Source: an uncultured Gammaproteobacteria bacterium
Lineage (GTDB): Bacteria; Pseudomonadota; Gammaproteobacteria; Acidiferrobacterales; Sulfurifustaceae
Length of the DNA stretch: 64,000 bases
Direction: 5' to 3'
Assembly (NCBI GenBank): GCA_963750625.1
Contig: CAVVRV010000027.1
Location: forward strand, 46,191-110,190
Shown: piece by piece, positions 49,252 to 60,096 of the stretch
Numbering within the stretch: position 1 is the first letter of the stretch
How the letters are laid out: every line of letters begins with the position of its first letter
Notes under the pieces: generated by a model
Told to the model about the DNA's origin: nothing
The model's input: the letters and a program-made list of their open reading frames with translations, nothing else
Databases searched by the model: none
Made by a program: the position numbers and the translations under genes

Positions 49252-50715
49252 GCCGCCCTCCCCAAAATTCCGCACCGCGTCGCGGTCGCTGTATGGCAGG
49301 CGGGTATCGCCCACCTGCTGGTAATCCTCGTGTCCCTTGCCGGCGATGAGCACGATGTCGCCTTCGCCCGCGTGACCGATGGCCTCGGCAATTGCCGCTT
49401 TGCGCTCGCGAATGACCTTGGGAGAAGCGTTCATGCCGCCGAGAATATCGGCGATGATGGCGTCACCCGATTCGTGCCGCGGATTGTCATCGGTCAGCAC
49501 CACGCTGTCCGCGAGCCGCTCGGCGATCTCGCCCATCACCGGACGCTTGCCGCGATCGCGATCTCCGCCGCAGCCGAAGACGCACCAGAGCTTGCCACGC
49601 GCGTGCTCGCGCAGGGCAAGCAGGACTTTTTCCAGCGCGTCGGGCGTGTGCGCGTAGTCCACCACCACCAGCGGCAGACCGCGCGCGCCGCCGAAACGCT
49701 CCACGCGTCCCGCGGGCGCGTGCGCGCGCGCGAGCCGCGTCGCGGCCTCGTCGAGCTTCACACCCAGCGCCAGCAGAGTGGCGAGCACGGCGAGCAGGTT
49801 GTAGGCGTTGAAGCGTCCGATCAACGGGCTGCGCAGTTCGGTTTCTCCCTCGGGCGTCGCGACGCGCAGCCACAGTCCGTCCGGCAAGAGCCGCAGTTCG
49901 CGCGCGCGGACATCGCCGCCCTCGATGCCGTAACTCAATATCCTGATCTGCGCATCGACACCGGCCAGCAGGCTCCGGCCAAAGGCATCGTCGTGATTGA
50001 TCACGGCGTGTTTGATTCCTTCCATGGCGAACAGACCGGCCTTGGCCTTGCCGTAGGCCTGCATGTCGCCGTGATAATCGAGATGATCGCGCGTCAGATT
50101 GGTGAACACGGCGACGCTGAAGGCGATGCCGTTCACGCGCCCTTGTTCGAGTGCGTGCGAGGAAACTTCCATCGCCACCTGCACGGCGCCCTGCTCCGCA
50201 AAATCCGCCAGCAGGCGCTGCAGCGTCATGGCATCGGGCGTGGTGTGCAGCGAGGCGTTGAGCGCGCCGGGAAAGCCGTAACCCAGCGTGCCGATCACCG
50301 CGCAACGCCGGGGCGCCTGATCGAGCGCCTGCGCGAGCAGTTGCGTGCAGGTCGTCTTGCCGTTGGTGCCGGTGACGCCGATCACGACCATTCGGCGCGA
50401 AGGCGCATCGTAAAAGCGATCCGCGATGATGCCGATCTTGTGACGCAACCCGGACACGCCGAACACCGGCACCGGCGCGGCGCGCAACGCAAAGCCATCG
50501 TCGGTCTCATACACGACCGCGGCCGCGCCCGAAGCCACGGCATCACCGATGTAATCGCGTCCGTCCGTCACCATGCCCGGCACGGCCAGAAACAGATCGC
50601 CTGGTTGGACGCGGCGGCTGTCCGTTTGCAGGCCGCGCACCTCGCGGTTCGCCACGCCCGGCACGCGTGCAATTCCATCGAGCAGTTCGCGCAGTTGACG
50701 GACTTTCCGTGTCAT
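49248..50715 (-). CDS. murE: UDP-MurNAc-dipeptide--DAP ligase (true stop probably at 49248)
   Basis: VTGTNGKTT, MEVSSH, NLTRDHLDYH, DYAHTPD, DNPR, AGKGHEDYQ. Confidence 0.97.
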
Positions 50716-52428
50716 TCGGCCACCTGCTCGCTTTTTACGGTCATGAGGCGCGGTGACTGACGTGGCGCGTCGGGCGGCACGTCGAGCAGCCGCAAGGCGC
50801 CCGTCAACACGCGTCCGAACACCGGCGCGGCAATCTCGCCGCCGTAATAACCGCCGCGGGTGGGTTCATCGATCGCCACCACCATGACCAGGCGCGGCGA
50901 AGTCGCCGGCGCAAAACCGGCGAACCAGGAGATATATTTTTCCTCGGAATAGCCGCTGGTGGTGAGCTTGCGCACCGTGCCGGTTTTGCCAGCCACGCGA
51001 TAGTCGGCGACCTGCGCGGCCTTGCCCGTCCCTGCGTCGCTGACAGCCAGCTCCAACATCGATTGCAGACGGCGCGCGGTCGTCACGGACATGACGCGTT
51101 CGCCTTGCGGCGGACTGTCTGTATGCAACATTGTCAACGGCAGCGCTTCGCCGTCGTTGGCCAGCACGAGATAGGCGCGCGCCAGTTGCAGCGGTGTGAC
51201 GGAAATTCCGTAACCGTAGGAAATGCTCGCCTGATCGACCGGCTACCCAGCGCGACGATGGATTAATCAGCCCCGGCACTTCACCCGGCAGCCGCGCGCC
51301 AGTCGTCTCGCCGAAGCCCACGTGCCGCAACATCTCCCAGAGGCTTTTTTTGTCGAGCGCCAGCGCAATTTTGGAAGCGCCGACATTGCTCGATTTCTCG
51401 ATGACACCCGCCACCGTGAGCACGCCATAATTGTGCACATCACGGATGATGCGGTCGCCGATCTGCAGCGATCCGGGCGTGGTGTCGATCACGGTGCCGG
51501 CGGTAAATTTCCCGCTCTCCAGCGCGACGGCGACGGTGAACGGCTTAAGGGTGGAACCGGGCTCGAAGAGGTCAGTGACGGCGCGATTGCGGAACGTGCC
51601 GCTACGCAACCCGGCACGGTTGTTGGGATTGAAATCCGGCTCGTTGACCAGCGCCAGCACTTCACCGGTATGCGCATCCAGCACGATGGCACTGCCGGCA
51701 CGTGCATTATGTTCTGTGACTGCCGCCTTCAATTCGCGGTAGGCGAGATACTGGATGCGCCGGTCTATGGAAAGCACCAGGTCTTTGCCCGGTTTGGGCA
51801 GCACCACGCTCTCGGCCACTTCCACGGCGTTACCCTGAAGATCGCGCAACAGTCGCTTGGCTCCCGGCACCGCGCGCAGCCAGGAATCGAAGGCGAGCTC
51901 CGTGCCCTCCTGGCCCTGATCGTCCACGTTGGTGAATCCGATCACATGCCCGGCGACAGAACCGAGTGGATAGTAGCGCCGGTATTCACGCTGCAGCGCG
52001 ACACCCGGCACTTTAAGCGCCATCACGCGTTCGGCGAGCGCCGGCGGCACGTGCCGCTTGAGATACATGAACTCGCGGTCGTCGTGCCTGCCCAGGAGCT
52101 GAGCCAGCTCGTGCGTGCTCATGCCGAGCAGCGCCGCCAGGCGCGGCCACTTCCGGCGTTCTTCCGCCAGGGTCGGCGGATGTGCCCAGACCGAATCCAC
52201 CGGGGTGCTGACCGCGAGCGGCGAACCGTTGCGATCGAGAATCATGCCGCGATGCGAATTGTCCTTGACGAGGCGCGAGTGCCGGGCATTGCCCTGGCTT
52301 TGCAGGAAATCGGTGTTGAGGGCCTGCAGGTACACCGCGCGTGCCGCCAGCAACACCATGCCGGCGAAAAAGAACAGCAGTACGATGGCGTTACGCACCG
52401 GATGACGGGTTTTGGCGCGACGGCTCAT
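50712..52428 (-). CDS. ftsI: Penicillin-binding protein 3 (frameshift near 51240)
   Basis: RGMILDRNG, EPGSTLKP (SxxK), KSSNVG (SxN), GKTGT. Confidence 0.97.
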
Positions 52429-52703
52429 GGCGCGGAATCCCGAGTGACCCGCACGACGCGGATATGCGCGGCATCGGGCGTGCTCATGTTAAGGCGGCTC
52501 CGCGCCATGGCCTCGACACGCCGGTGTTGCGACCAGGCGCCCTCCTCGAGCAACAATTTCCCCCACTCGACATTGAGCGCATCACGTTCCGCCTGTCGCG
52601 TCTGCAATTCCGAAAATCGTTGACGACTTTCATGGCGCGTCTGCACCACGGCAATCGAGGTGATCATTACCGCCGCGAGCAACACGAGCAGTCGCTTAGG
52701 CAC
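52425..52703 (-). CDS. ftsL: Cell division protein FtsL
   Basis: TM plus leucine heptads (EWGKLLLE..RVEAMARSRLNM); position. Confidence 0.93.
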   Translation of the reverse strand: MPKRLLVLLAAVMITSIAVVQTRHESRQRFSELQTRQAERDALNVEWGKLLLEEGAWSQHRRVEAMARSRLNMSTPDAAHIRVVRVTRDSAP

Positions 52704-53644
52704 TAGTCATTCTCTCCTGTACGTTCGGCGACACGCAACACGGCGCTGCGGGCGCGTGGATTGTGTCTGGCTTCCGTCTCACCGGCCCGGATCGCCTTGC
52801 CGATGGTTTTCAGCCGTGGATGGAACTGATCGTGCCGCACCGGAAAATCGGGCGGCAGGTCATCGCCTTTCGCTTCGGCGCGCAGAAAATGTTTCACTAT
52901 CCGGTCCTCGAGCGAATGGAAGCTGATCGCGACCAGCCGTCCACCGGTGGCGAGCAAGCGTATCGTCTGCGGAAGCGCCTCCCGAAGTTCATCGAGTTCG
53001 CGATTGATGTGAATACGAATAGCCTGAAACGTGCGCGTGGCCGGGTCCTTGTTTTTTTCACGCGATGGTACGGCGCGCGCAACAATTTCCGCGAGACGGC
53101 GCGTCGTCGTGATCGGTTCGATTTCGCGCTCGCGCACGATGGCGCGCGCAATGCGTTTGGCGAAACGCTCCTCGCCGTACTCACGGATGACACGTGCGAT
53201 TTCATTTTCCTCCGCGCGCCGGATCCACTCGGCGGCGGACTCGCCCGCCTGCGGGTCCATGCGCATGTCGAGCGATCCGTCGGCGCGAAAACTGAATCCG
53301 CGGCGCGCGTCGTCGAGTTGCGGCGATGACACACCGAGGTCGAAAAGTATCCCATTGATTTTTCCAGCCAGACCCAAGATGTCTATCGTGCGGTCCAACA
53401 GCGAAAACGGTCCTTGAGTGATTTTGACGCGTGCGTCGGCTCCGAACTTGCGGCGCGCATCCTCGCAGGCCTGCGGATCGCGGTCGAACACCAGCAGCTG
53501 TCCGTGCGTCCCCAGTCGTTTCAATATTTCCTGCGCGTGCCCGCCTCGTCCGTACGTGGCATCCACATACACACCGTCTTCTTTTACCTGCAGTGCCTGC
53601 AACGCCTCCTCCAGCAGTACCGGAACGTGGTGATGTTCATTCAC
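52703..53644 (-). CDS. rsmH: 16S rRNA m4C1402 methyltransferase
   Basis: HVPVLL, DATYGRGGH, DLGVSSPQLD, SFHSLEDRIVK, NPRARSA. Confidence 0.98.
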   Translation of the reverse strand: MNEHHHVPVLLEEALQALQVKEDGVYVDATYGRGGHAQEILKRLGTHGQLLVFDRDPQACEDARRKFGADARVKITQGPFSLLDRTIDILGLAGKINGILFDLGVSSPQLDDARRGFSFRADGSLDMRMDPQAGESAAEWIRRAEENEIARVIREYGEERFAKRIARAIVREREIEPITTTRRLAEIVARAVPSREKNKDPATRTFQAIRIHINRELDELREALPQTIRLLATGGRLVAISFHSLEDRIVKHFLRAEAKGDDLPPDFPVRHDQFHPRLKTIGKAIRAGETEARHNPRARSAVLRVAERTGEND

Positions 53645-53653
53645 GCGTTCTCT

Positions 53654-54109
53654 CTAAAGCGAGAACGATTCGAGATCCGGCGGCAGCTTGCCATCGTCCT
53701 CGCCTTCGCTCTCGAGCCATTCGGCACGACGCGCGTTCCACGCGCCGTCGTCCCAGATTTCGAATTTGTTTCCCTGCCCGATCAGCATGACGTCCTTGTT
53801 CAGGCCGGCGAACTCGCGCAGCGGCGGCGCCAGCAGAATGCGGCCGTTGCCGTCGAGCTCGCATTCGGTGGCGTGACCGACCAGCAGGCGTTGCAGCTTG
53901 CGCGTCTGCTTGTTGAAGCTCGAGAGCTTCATGATCTTGCGCTCGATCTCCTCCCACTCCGGTTGCGGGTACAGCAGCAGGCAATGATCGCGGTCGACGG
54001 TGAGCACCATCTGGCCGCTGCAGACGCGCGCCAGCTGTTCGCGATAGCGCGTCGGGATCGCCATGCGACCCTTGCTGTCCAGCGTCACTGCGTTGACACC
54101 ACGAAACAT
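53654..54109 (-). CDS. mraZ: Transcriptional regulator MraZ
   Basis: MFRG..LDSKGR..P, LDGNGRI, GQGNKFEIWD. Confidence 0.98.
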   Translation of the reverse strand: MFRGVNAVTLDSKGRMAIPTRYREQLARVCSGQMVLTVDRDHCLLLYPQPEWEEIERKIMKLSSFNKQTRKLQRLLVGHATECELDGNGRILLAPPLREFAGLNKDVMLIGQGNKFEIWDDGAWNARRAEWLESEGEDDGKLPPDLESFSL

Positions 54110-54197
54110 TTTTCCCCGCTTTTTCCCGCTCTATTCCACAAAAAACCACAATTCACCACTTAATGACACTATAGATAGGCGTGGCGCGGGGTGTCAA
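54110..54197 (-). promoter_or_regulatory. dcw promoter with MraZ-type G[TC]GG repeats
   Basis: TTGACA-18-TATAGT (54197-54168), then five 10-bp-phased G[TC]GG boxes (GTGGTGAATT GTGGTTTTTT GTGGAATAGA GCGGGAAAAA GCGGGGAAAA ATG). Confidence 0.85.
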
Positions 54198-54388
54198 GCG
54201 AAAACAGCGATTCCTGCAAGATTTCTTCTTTGCAGGTCAGCAGCTTAGGGAGGGAAGATGAATCAAACCGGGGTGAATCAATCGCAAGGTGCTTTTGGGG
54301 CTCAAAGCGATACCATTTGTCGGAGAAATCGCAACAAAAAACTACAAAAGAAACATGAAATTATAGAATCATAGTTAAAGTAAAAAAA

Positions 54389-54757
54389 GGAGTCAGCCGT
54401 TAAGCCGGGTTCTGTCGTGGACAGCCATTCATCTGGGACGCCTGTCGCCAGGCGCCTCGTGCGGCCTACCCGGGAACAGTGCGGGCAGCACTATCGTTCC
54501 CCTATTTGGCCTTACTCCGGGTGGGGCTTGCCCTGCCACGGGATGTTGCCACCCGCGCGGTGCGCTCTTACCGCACCATTTCACCCTTACCGGTCTCCCT
54601 GAAATGAATCAGATCGACTTCGGCGGTGTATTTTCTGTGGCGCTTTCCATCGGCTCACGCCGCCCAGGCGTTACCTGGCACCCTGCCCTGCGGAGCCCGG
54701 ACTTTCCTCCACTCGACCACGCGAACGTGGTCGGGCAGCGGCTGTCTGGCCAACTCC
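54389..54757 (-). ncRNA. rnpB: RNase P RNA, class A
   Basis: GAGGAAAGTCCGGGCTCC, GGGTGCCAGGTAACGCCTGGG, GGTAAGAGCGCACCG, ACAGAACCCGGCTTA; extended -10 TGGTATAAT just upstream. Confidence 0.98.
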
Positions 54758-54848
54758 AGCCGCCATTATACCAGTCGCCGATGATTAGTTCTGAAAACCT
54801 TTGCTCAGGCAAACAGGAATCGAGATGGCGTGTTGCATGTCGCCTGCT

Positions 54849-55406
54849 TCACGGCGCTGTTGCCGGGCCAAAATTGAAACCGACGGAAATCCGCGCACGC
54901 CCGGATTCATTGCGCGTGACTTCATGCAGGATTTCAGGCGCAAAGAAAATAAACATGCCGGCGTGCGGCTGGACTTCCTCCCGCCGCACACCGTCAATCA
55001 GCACGAGCTTTCCCGAATCGGGCGGAACATCGATGTAATAGACACCGGAGAGAATCTCGTCATCCGCGTCATGCGTGTGCGCGAACGTGATGTCGCCGGG
55101 ACGCATGATATTGAGCCACCAACCCATGCGCAGATCTTTTTTCGGGCGATTCAAGATGTGTGCTGCGTGGGTTGTCGCCAAATCCAGAATCACGCGGATT
55201 TCCGGTATCGATTCGAATGCCACGTAGAGGTTTTCATAACGCCCGCCCAGATAGTGATGTTGGCCGACAATATCGCTCTGCGGCAGCAACTCAATGCGTG
55301 CGCGCAGAGTCGCATTCAGTGCGTCGCAATCCTGGCACTCACCGATTTTATACAGCACCGGATGAAAATTATTTTCGGGATTTTTCGTTGGGCGCGAAAA
55401 GATCAC
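54849..55406 (-). CDS. Putative 2OG-Fe(II) oxygenase (start uncertain)
   Basis: WLNIMRPG..AHTH..LSGVYY..G.FIFF..HEV..RISVGFN. Confidence 0.78.
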   Translation of the reverse strand: MIFSRPTKNPENNFHPVLYKIGECQDCDALNATLRARIELLPQSDIVGQHHYLGGRYENLYVAFESIPEIRVILDLATTHAAHILNRPKKDLRMGWWLNIMRPGDITFAHTHDADDEILSGVYYIDVPPDSGKLVLIDGVRREEVQPHAGMFIFFAPEILHEVTRNESGRARISVGFNFGPATAP

Positions 55407-55749
55407 TGAGTTTGTCCCGCGCTGCATCTGTCTTGCCGTCCGAAGCTTGAGCGTCGCCGAACAGGTTATCGAGCTTGGCCTTGGCGGCCTGCGTTTTGCC
55501 TTCACCGGGCGGGCGATGCGCGTTCGGCCGCGGCTTGAACCAGTCGCAGAAATTCGCATGTTCCTTGTCGCGCACTTCTTCGGCCCGTTCCTCCCGGCAT
55601 TGACCGGTCAGGCGCGGATCGAAGAACTGGCACATACGGCAAGCATGCAGGTAGGCGCGACACTTCGGACATTCCGCCAGACGGCTTAACGGCAAGGGTA
55701 ATTCCGCCGCCGAAGCGCCGCACTTCCAGCAAACCAGCGCGATCGCCAT
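55369..55749 (-). CDS. Cys-rich conserved hypothetical protein (putative zinc-binding)
   Basis: CWKC, CPKC, HACRMC, C..E..ANFCDWF. Confidence 0.8.
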   Translation of the reverse strand: MAIALVCWKCGASAAELPLPLSRLAECPKCRAYLHACRMCQFFDPRLTGQCREERAEEVRDKEHANFCDWFKPRPNAHRPPGEGKTQAAKAKLDNLFGDAQASDGKTDAARDKLSDLFAPNEKSRK

Positions 55750-55751
55750 CG

Positions 55752-56543
55752 TTATTGCTTGAATATCTGTTTCAGGAACGATTGCAACTCAAGCCAAGAT
55801 TCTTTATCGGCGACGGCATTATAGTTCAGCGGCAGATTGAACTTGGCGCCATTGGCATCCGCGTCCGGATTGGTGAAACTGTGCTTGGCGCCCGGATAGT
55901 TCACGAACTTGTAATTCACCTTGGCGCTCTCCATTTCCTTTTTAAAAGCCGCGATCTGCTCTGGCGGCACGAAGGGATCTTCCGCACCGTTCATGACCAG
56001 CACCCTGGCCTTGGTTTTGCCGGGTTGCGCTGGATGCTCGGTCGCCAGACCGCCGTGAAAACTGGCCACTCCGCGCAACTCCTCGCCCGCGCGCGCCATT
56101 TCGAGCACCACGCTGCCGCCGAAACAGTAACCGATCGCCGCCAGCCGCTTGCCATCCACCTGTGGCTGTTTCCGGAGCAGCTGCATGCCCGCCTCGAAGC
56201 GCGATTTCATGAGCGGCAGGTTCTTGCGCACTTCGCCCGAGAATTTCCCGGCGTTGTCCGGATGATCCGCCTGCTTGCCACCACCATACATATCCACGGC
56301 GAGCGCCACATAACCGGCCTCGGCAAGTTTGCGGGCGCTGTTGCGCGCATGCTGGTCATGGCCCCACCATTCATGCACCACCAGCACCCCGGGACGGCGC
56401 TCCTTCGCGGCGTCGTCATAAACCAGATAGCCTTTGAGCACGGTATCGCCCGCCTTGTATTCGACCGGCCCTTCCTTGATGGCCGCCTGGACCGCCGCCA
56501 AACCGCCAAATGCCAGTACAATAGATAACATCAGCCTTCTCAT
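55752..56543 (-). CDS. Dienelactone hydrolase family protein with signal peptide
   Basis: VHEWWG, GYCFGG, SFHG, HSFTNP. Confidence 0.92.
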   Translation of the reverse strand: MRRLMLSIVLAFGGLAAVQAAIKEGPVEYKAGDTVLKGYLVYDDAAKERRPGVLVVHEWWGHDQHARNSARKLAEAGYVALAVDMYGGGKQADHPDNAGKFSGEVRKNLPLMKSRFEAGMQLLRKQPQVDGKRLAAIGYCFGGSVVLEMARAGEELRGVASFHGGLATEHPAQPGKTKARVLVMNGAEDPFVPPEQIAAFKKEMESAKVNYKFVNYPGAKHSFTNPDADANGAKFNLPLNYNAVADKESWLELQSFLKQIFKQ

Positions 56544-56737
56544 GATAAACCTCCTTGCCTTATTGTTGCTCAGAGATCCCGTCCCCGGCGTTTCTGCCGA
56601 AACGGCCGCAAAGCTCAGCCTAATACCGCGGTGGTGCGCCGGTCAAACATCGCTGTTTGTCGAGGCAGCGATTGTCACCCTGCGCCTGGCTTCGGTCGGC
56701 GAATGAAATACATATTGACCGAATTCTCTCCAACACC

Positions 56738-57832
56738 ATGACACTTGAACAGGATATCGCCGCCGCATTCGACCTGGGTGGGAGGATTGTCGATGTCCGC
56801 CCCTACGGACATGGATTGATCAACGACACCTTTGTGGTATCCATCGACACGGGCCATCGGGCCATTCTGCAACGCATCAACCGGCATGTGTTCCCAAGGC
56901 CTGAGCAAATCATGGATAACCTGCGTACCCTGATGGATCACATTCGTCGGCGCCAAACCAGCGACAAAGCCGCCGCGCGCGAATTGCAATGGCCCCGGAT
57001 ATTCTCCACCCGCGACGGCCAGGATTCCGTGGTGGATGCGCACGGCGGATTCTGGCGCGCCATGGGCTTTGTCGAGAATACTCACACGCTTGAAACCATC
57101 ACTGACACAAGCCAGGCTGAAGAAGTGGGTTTCGCGCTGGGCCGTTTCCATACGCTGATACATGATCTCGATCCGGCGCGACTTCATGAAACCTTGCCCG
57201 GCTTCCACAACGCGCCCAACTATCTGGCGCGTTTTGCCGAAGCCTCCGTCCGCCGCCGGGAGACGCCAGACAACGCCGAGCTGCGCCATTGTCTTGCTTT
57301 CGTCGAAACACGCCGAAACCTGGCTGACGTGCTTGAAATTCCCCGGCGTGAAGGAAAGCTTCTGCTCCGTCCGATTCACGGCGACACCAAGCTCAATAAT
57401 TTTCTTTTCGACGTCGAAAGCGGCCGCGCGGTCAGCCTGATCGATCTCGACACCGTGCAGCCGGGGCTGATTCACTTCGACATCGGCGACTGCCTGCGCT
57501 CCTGTGCCAATTCCGCGGGCGAGTCACCCGAAGACTTGGCGGCCGTCCGCTTCGATCTCGACATCTGCCATGCGGTTATCAAGCATTATTTTTCCGAAGC
57601 ACGCGCCTTCCTGACGCCGCATGACCATCACTATATATACGATGCCATTCGTCTCATCCCCTTCGAGCTGGGTCTGCGTTTTCTCACCGATCATCTGGAA
57701 GGCAACCATTACTTCAAGATCGACTGGCCGGGCCAGAACCTGCATCGCGCTTTGGTGCAGTTCGCGCTGACCACCTCCATTGAACGGAACGAAGCGAGAA
57801 TCAAGTCGCTGATCAAGACACTGGAGGCCTGA
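56738..57832 (+). CDS. Aminoglycoside phosphotransferase-family kinase (N-acetylhexosamine kinase-like)
   Basis: GHGLINDTF, ILQRIN, IHGDTKLNNFLF, IDLDTV, DIGDCLRS. Confidence 0.88.
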   Translation: MTLEQDIAAAFDLGGRIVDVRPYGHGLINDTFVVSIDTGHRAILQRINRHVFPRPEQIMDNLRTLMDHIRRRQTSDKAAARELQWPRIFSTRDGQDSVVDAHGGFWRAMGFVENTHTLETITDTSQAEEVGFALGRFHTLIHDLDPARLHETLPGFHNAPNYLARFAEASVRRRETPDNAELRHCLAFVETRRNLADVLEIPRREGKLLLRPIHGDTKLNNFLFDVESGRAVSLIDLDTVQPGLIHFDIGDCLRSCANSAGESPEDLAAVRFDLDICHAVIKHYFSEARAFLTPHDHHYIYDAIRLIPFELGLRFLTDHLEGNHYFKIDWPGQNLHRALVQFALTTSIERNEARIKSLIKTLEA

Positions 57833-57939
57833 ATCAACCCAGTTCTGTCAGGGCATGGCGCCGGTTTGTCCGCTTCCAGCGTTCATGGTTAGATAATGCC
57901 TGGAAGTGACTTGTCCTCGAGCTCAGGAGAATTCACGCT

Positions 57940-58797
57940 ATGACGTCGCGTTCGATACGGCAACTGGTTCACGCGCTCGCGATTACCGAGGGCGCCGGCG
58001 TGACCGTGCATCGCACCATCGGTACGCCGCGACTGCGGCATCTCGACCCTTTTCTGATGTTGGATCATTTCGCGAGCAACGATCCGGACGACTACATCGC
58101 CGGCTTTCCGGATCACCCGCACCGCGGTTTCATCACCCTCACCTACATGCTCGACGGACACATGGAACATCGGGACAGCATGGGCAATCGCGGTGACCTG
58201 CGTGCCGGCGGCATTCAGTGGATGAAGGCGGCGAGCGGCGTCATTCATTCCGAAATGCCGCAACAGACCGACGGTCTGATGCGCGGCTTTCAGCTCTGGA
58301 TCAACCTGCCGGCCGGCGAGAAGATGAGCGACCCGCAGTACCAGGAGTTCTCCGCCGAACGCATACCGGTGGTCGAGCGCGACGGGGCGCGGGTCAAGAT
58401 CATCAGCGGCGAATTCGCGGGCCAGCGCGGACCGATCCACGATCCTCACACGGCGATTCAATACTTCGACATATCTTTAGCGCCCGAAACCGCTTTCACC
58501 CACCGCCTGGACGGTAGCGCCACGGCGTTTCTCTATTCATTCGAAGGAAGCCTGCAGACAGGCGGCACGGCGGTTGAAACCCACGCCCTGGCGGTGCTCG
58601 GTTCGGGAGACGAGATAGCGGTATCCGCCGGGCCAAAGGGCGCGCGTTTTATCCTGCTTAGCGGGCGCCCGCTGCACGAACCCATTGTGCAGTACGGACC
58701 GTTTGTCATGAACACCGAACCGGAAATCCGGCAGGCTTTCGATGACTACCAACACAACCGGCTCGTTAGAAAACGGGCGCAGACTGTATCGGAATAA
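57940..58797 (+). CDS. Pirin family protein
   Basis: DPFLMLD, FPDHPHRGF, GVIHSEMP, QLWINLP, GPFVMNT. Confidence 0.95.
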   Translation: MTSRSIRQLVHALAITEGAGVTVHRTIGTPRLRHLDPFLMLDHFASNDPDDYIAGFPDHPHRGFITLTYMLDGHMEHRDSMGNRGDLRAGGIQWMKAASGVIHSEMPQQTDGLMRGFQLWINLPAGEKMSDPQYQEFSAERIPVVERDGARVKIISGEFAGQRGPIHDPHTAIQYFDISLAPETAFTHRLDGSATAFLYSFEGSLQTGGTAVETHALAVLGSGDEIAVSAGPKGARFILLSGRPLHEPIVQYGPFVMNTEPEIRQAFDDYQHNRLVRKRAQTVSE

Positions 58798-59039
58798 TTA
58801 TTATTAACGCTAGATGACGCCGGGGCAGCGCATCTTTCTGACAAATCTACAATATTGATAGTTACGTACCGCCCCGCCCCGGGGCTTCCCTGGCGCTGAT
58901 CTGATCATTCTGGTTGATCTAGACGGCATCCAGAGGGCAAAATGCGCCTCTTCGTTTCGGGCCGCGGCAGGGTGTCTGCACGCGCCGACCTGCAAAGGCA
59001 GGCATCGGGTTTAATCATTCAACAAGAGAGGAAAATACC

Positions 59040-59687
59040 ATGAAGTTGATTCTGTTGGGCGCCCCAGGCGCTGGCAAGGGAACGGTCGCGAAACAGCTGA
59101 CTCAGTTGGACGGTTCCGTGCAGATTTCCACCGGTGACATCCTGCGTGGCGCCGTGCAGGCCGGCAGCGACCTTGGTAAACAGGCCAAGGCCTTCATGGA
59201 CCGCGGCGACCTCGTGCCCGATGAACTCATCATGGGCATCATGGAAAAACGCCTGCAGGACCCCGATTGCAAGAAGGGTTTTCTGCTCGACGGCTTCCCG
59301 CGCACCATTCCCCAGGCCGAAGCCCTGAAAAAACTGCTGGTGAAACTCGGGATCAAACTCGACATGGCGGTGAATATCGACGTGCCGCGCAACGTGATCC
59401 TCGACCGCCTCAGCACCCGACGCACCTGCTCCAATTCCAAGTGCCAGGCAATCTACAACGTCAAGAGCATGCCCCCGAAGAAAGAAGGCATCTGCGACAA
59501 ATGCGGCAGCCCGGTGGTGCAGCGCGAGGACGAGACCGAAGCGGCGATCAGCCACCGGCTCGATACTTATAATAAGAAAACCGCCCCGCTCATTGGGTTT
59601 TATGAAAAAGAGGGCATGCTGATTACGGTCAACGCCACGTCAAGTGAAGCGGTAATCGCTGCAATCAAAAAGAAACTCGCGGCCTAA
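59040..59687 (+). CDS. adk: Adenylate kinase with four-cysteine LID
   Basis: GAPGAGKGT, ISTGDILR, LDGFPRT, RRTCSNSKC..CDKCG. Confidence 0.96.
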   Translation: MKLILLGAPGAGKGTVAKQLTQLDGSVQISTGDILRGAVQAGSDLGKQAKAFMDRGDLVPDELIMGIMEKRLQDPDCKKGFLLDGFPRTIPQAEALKKLLVKLGIKLDMAVNIDVPRNVILDRLSTRRTCSNSKCQAIYNVKSMPPKKEGICDKCGSPVVQREDETEAAISHRLDTYNKKTAPLIGFYEKEGMLITVNATSSEAVIAAIKKKLAA

Positions 59688-59702
59688 TCAAACTAACCCA
59701 GG

Positions 59703-59753
59703 GGTCGGCGTGTGTCTGCCATGCGTGGCAGAACATGCGTCGACCTTTTTTTT
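59703..59753 (+). terminator. Intrinsic terminator after adk
   Basis: GGTCGGCGTGTGTCTGCCA..TGGCAGAACATGCGTCGACC stem followed by a T8 run. Confidence 0.8.
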
Positions 59754-59949
59754 GCACAAATTAGCACCGCCCCCCCCGGCGCCAACCGGCTACGTCAGCA
59801 GGCTTGTAAATCGCCTGAAATGCACGAGCAGCAGTGACTAATCCCAAGGCTTTATTGCCCATTCCTGGCAGTCATGCAAAAAAATGCCTGCCGCCGCAGG
59901 ATATCTGAAACATATGCTGGGAAATTCGAGGCAAAAAAGCCTCCGATTA

Positions 59950-59966
59950 CGGCACTAAAATTGCAT
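59950..59966 (+). promoter_or_regulatory. Sigma54 (-24/-12) promoter candidate
   Basis: CGGCAC-TAAAA-TTGCA about 130 bp upstream of the first Sel1 gene. Confidence 0.7.
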
Positions 59967-60096
59967 ATAAACCAATGAACAAATAGCTTAGGGAACCCCT
60001 AAGGCATTGGTTTTCTTATACAAACACTAATGCCGAACGGTGGGCGTCTATTCTATATCTATGTTTAGTCCATTAACTAAACGAGGCTTAACTATC

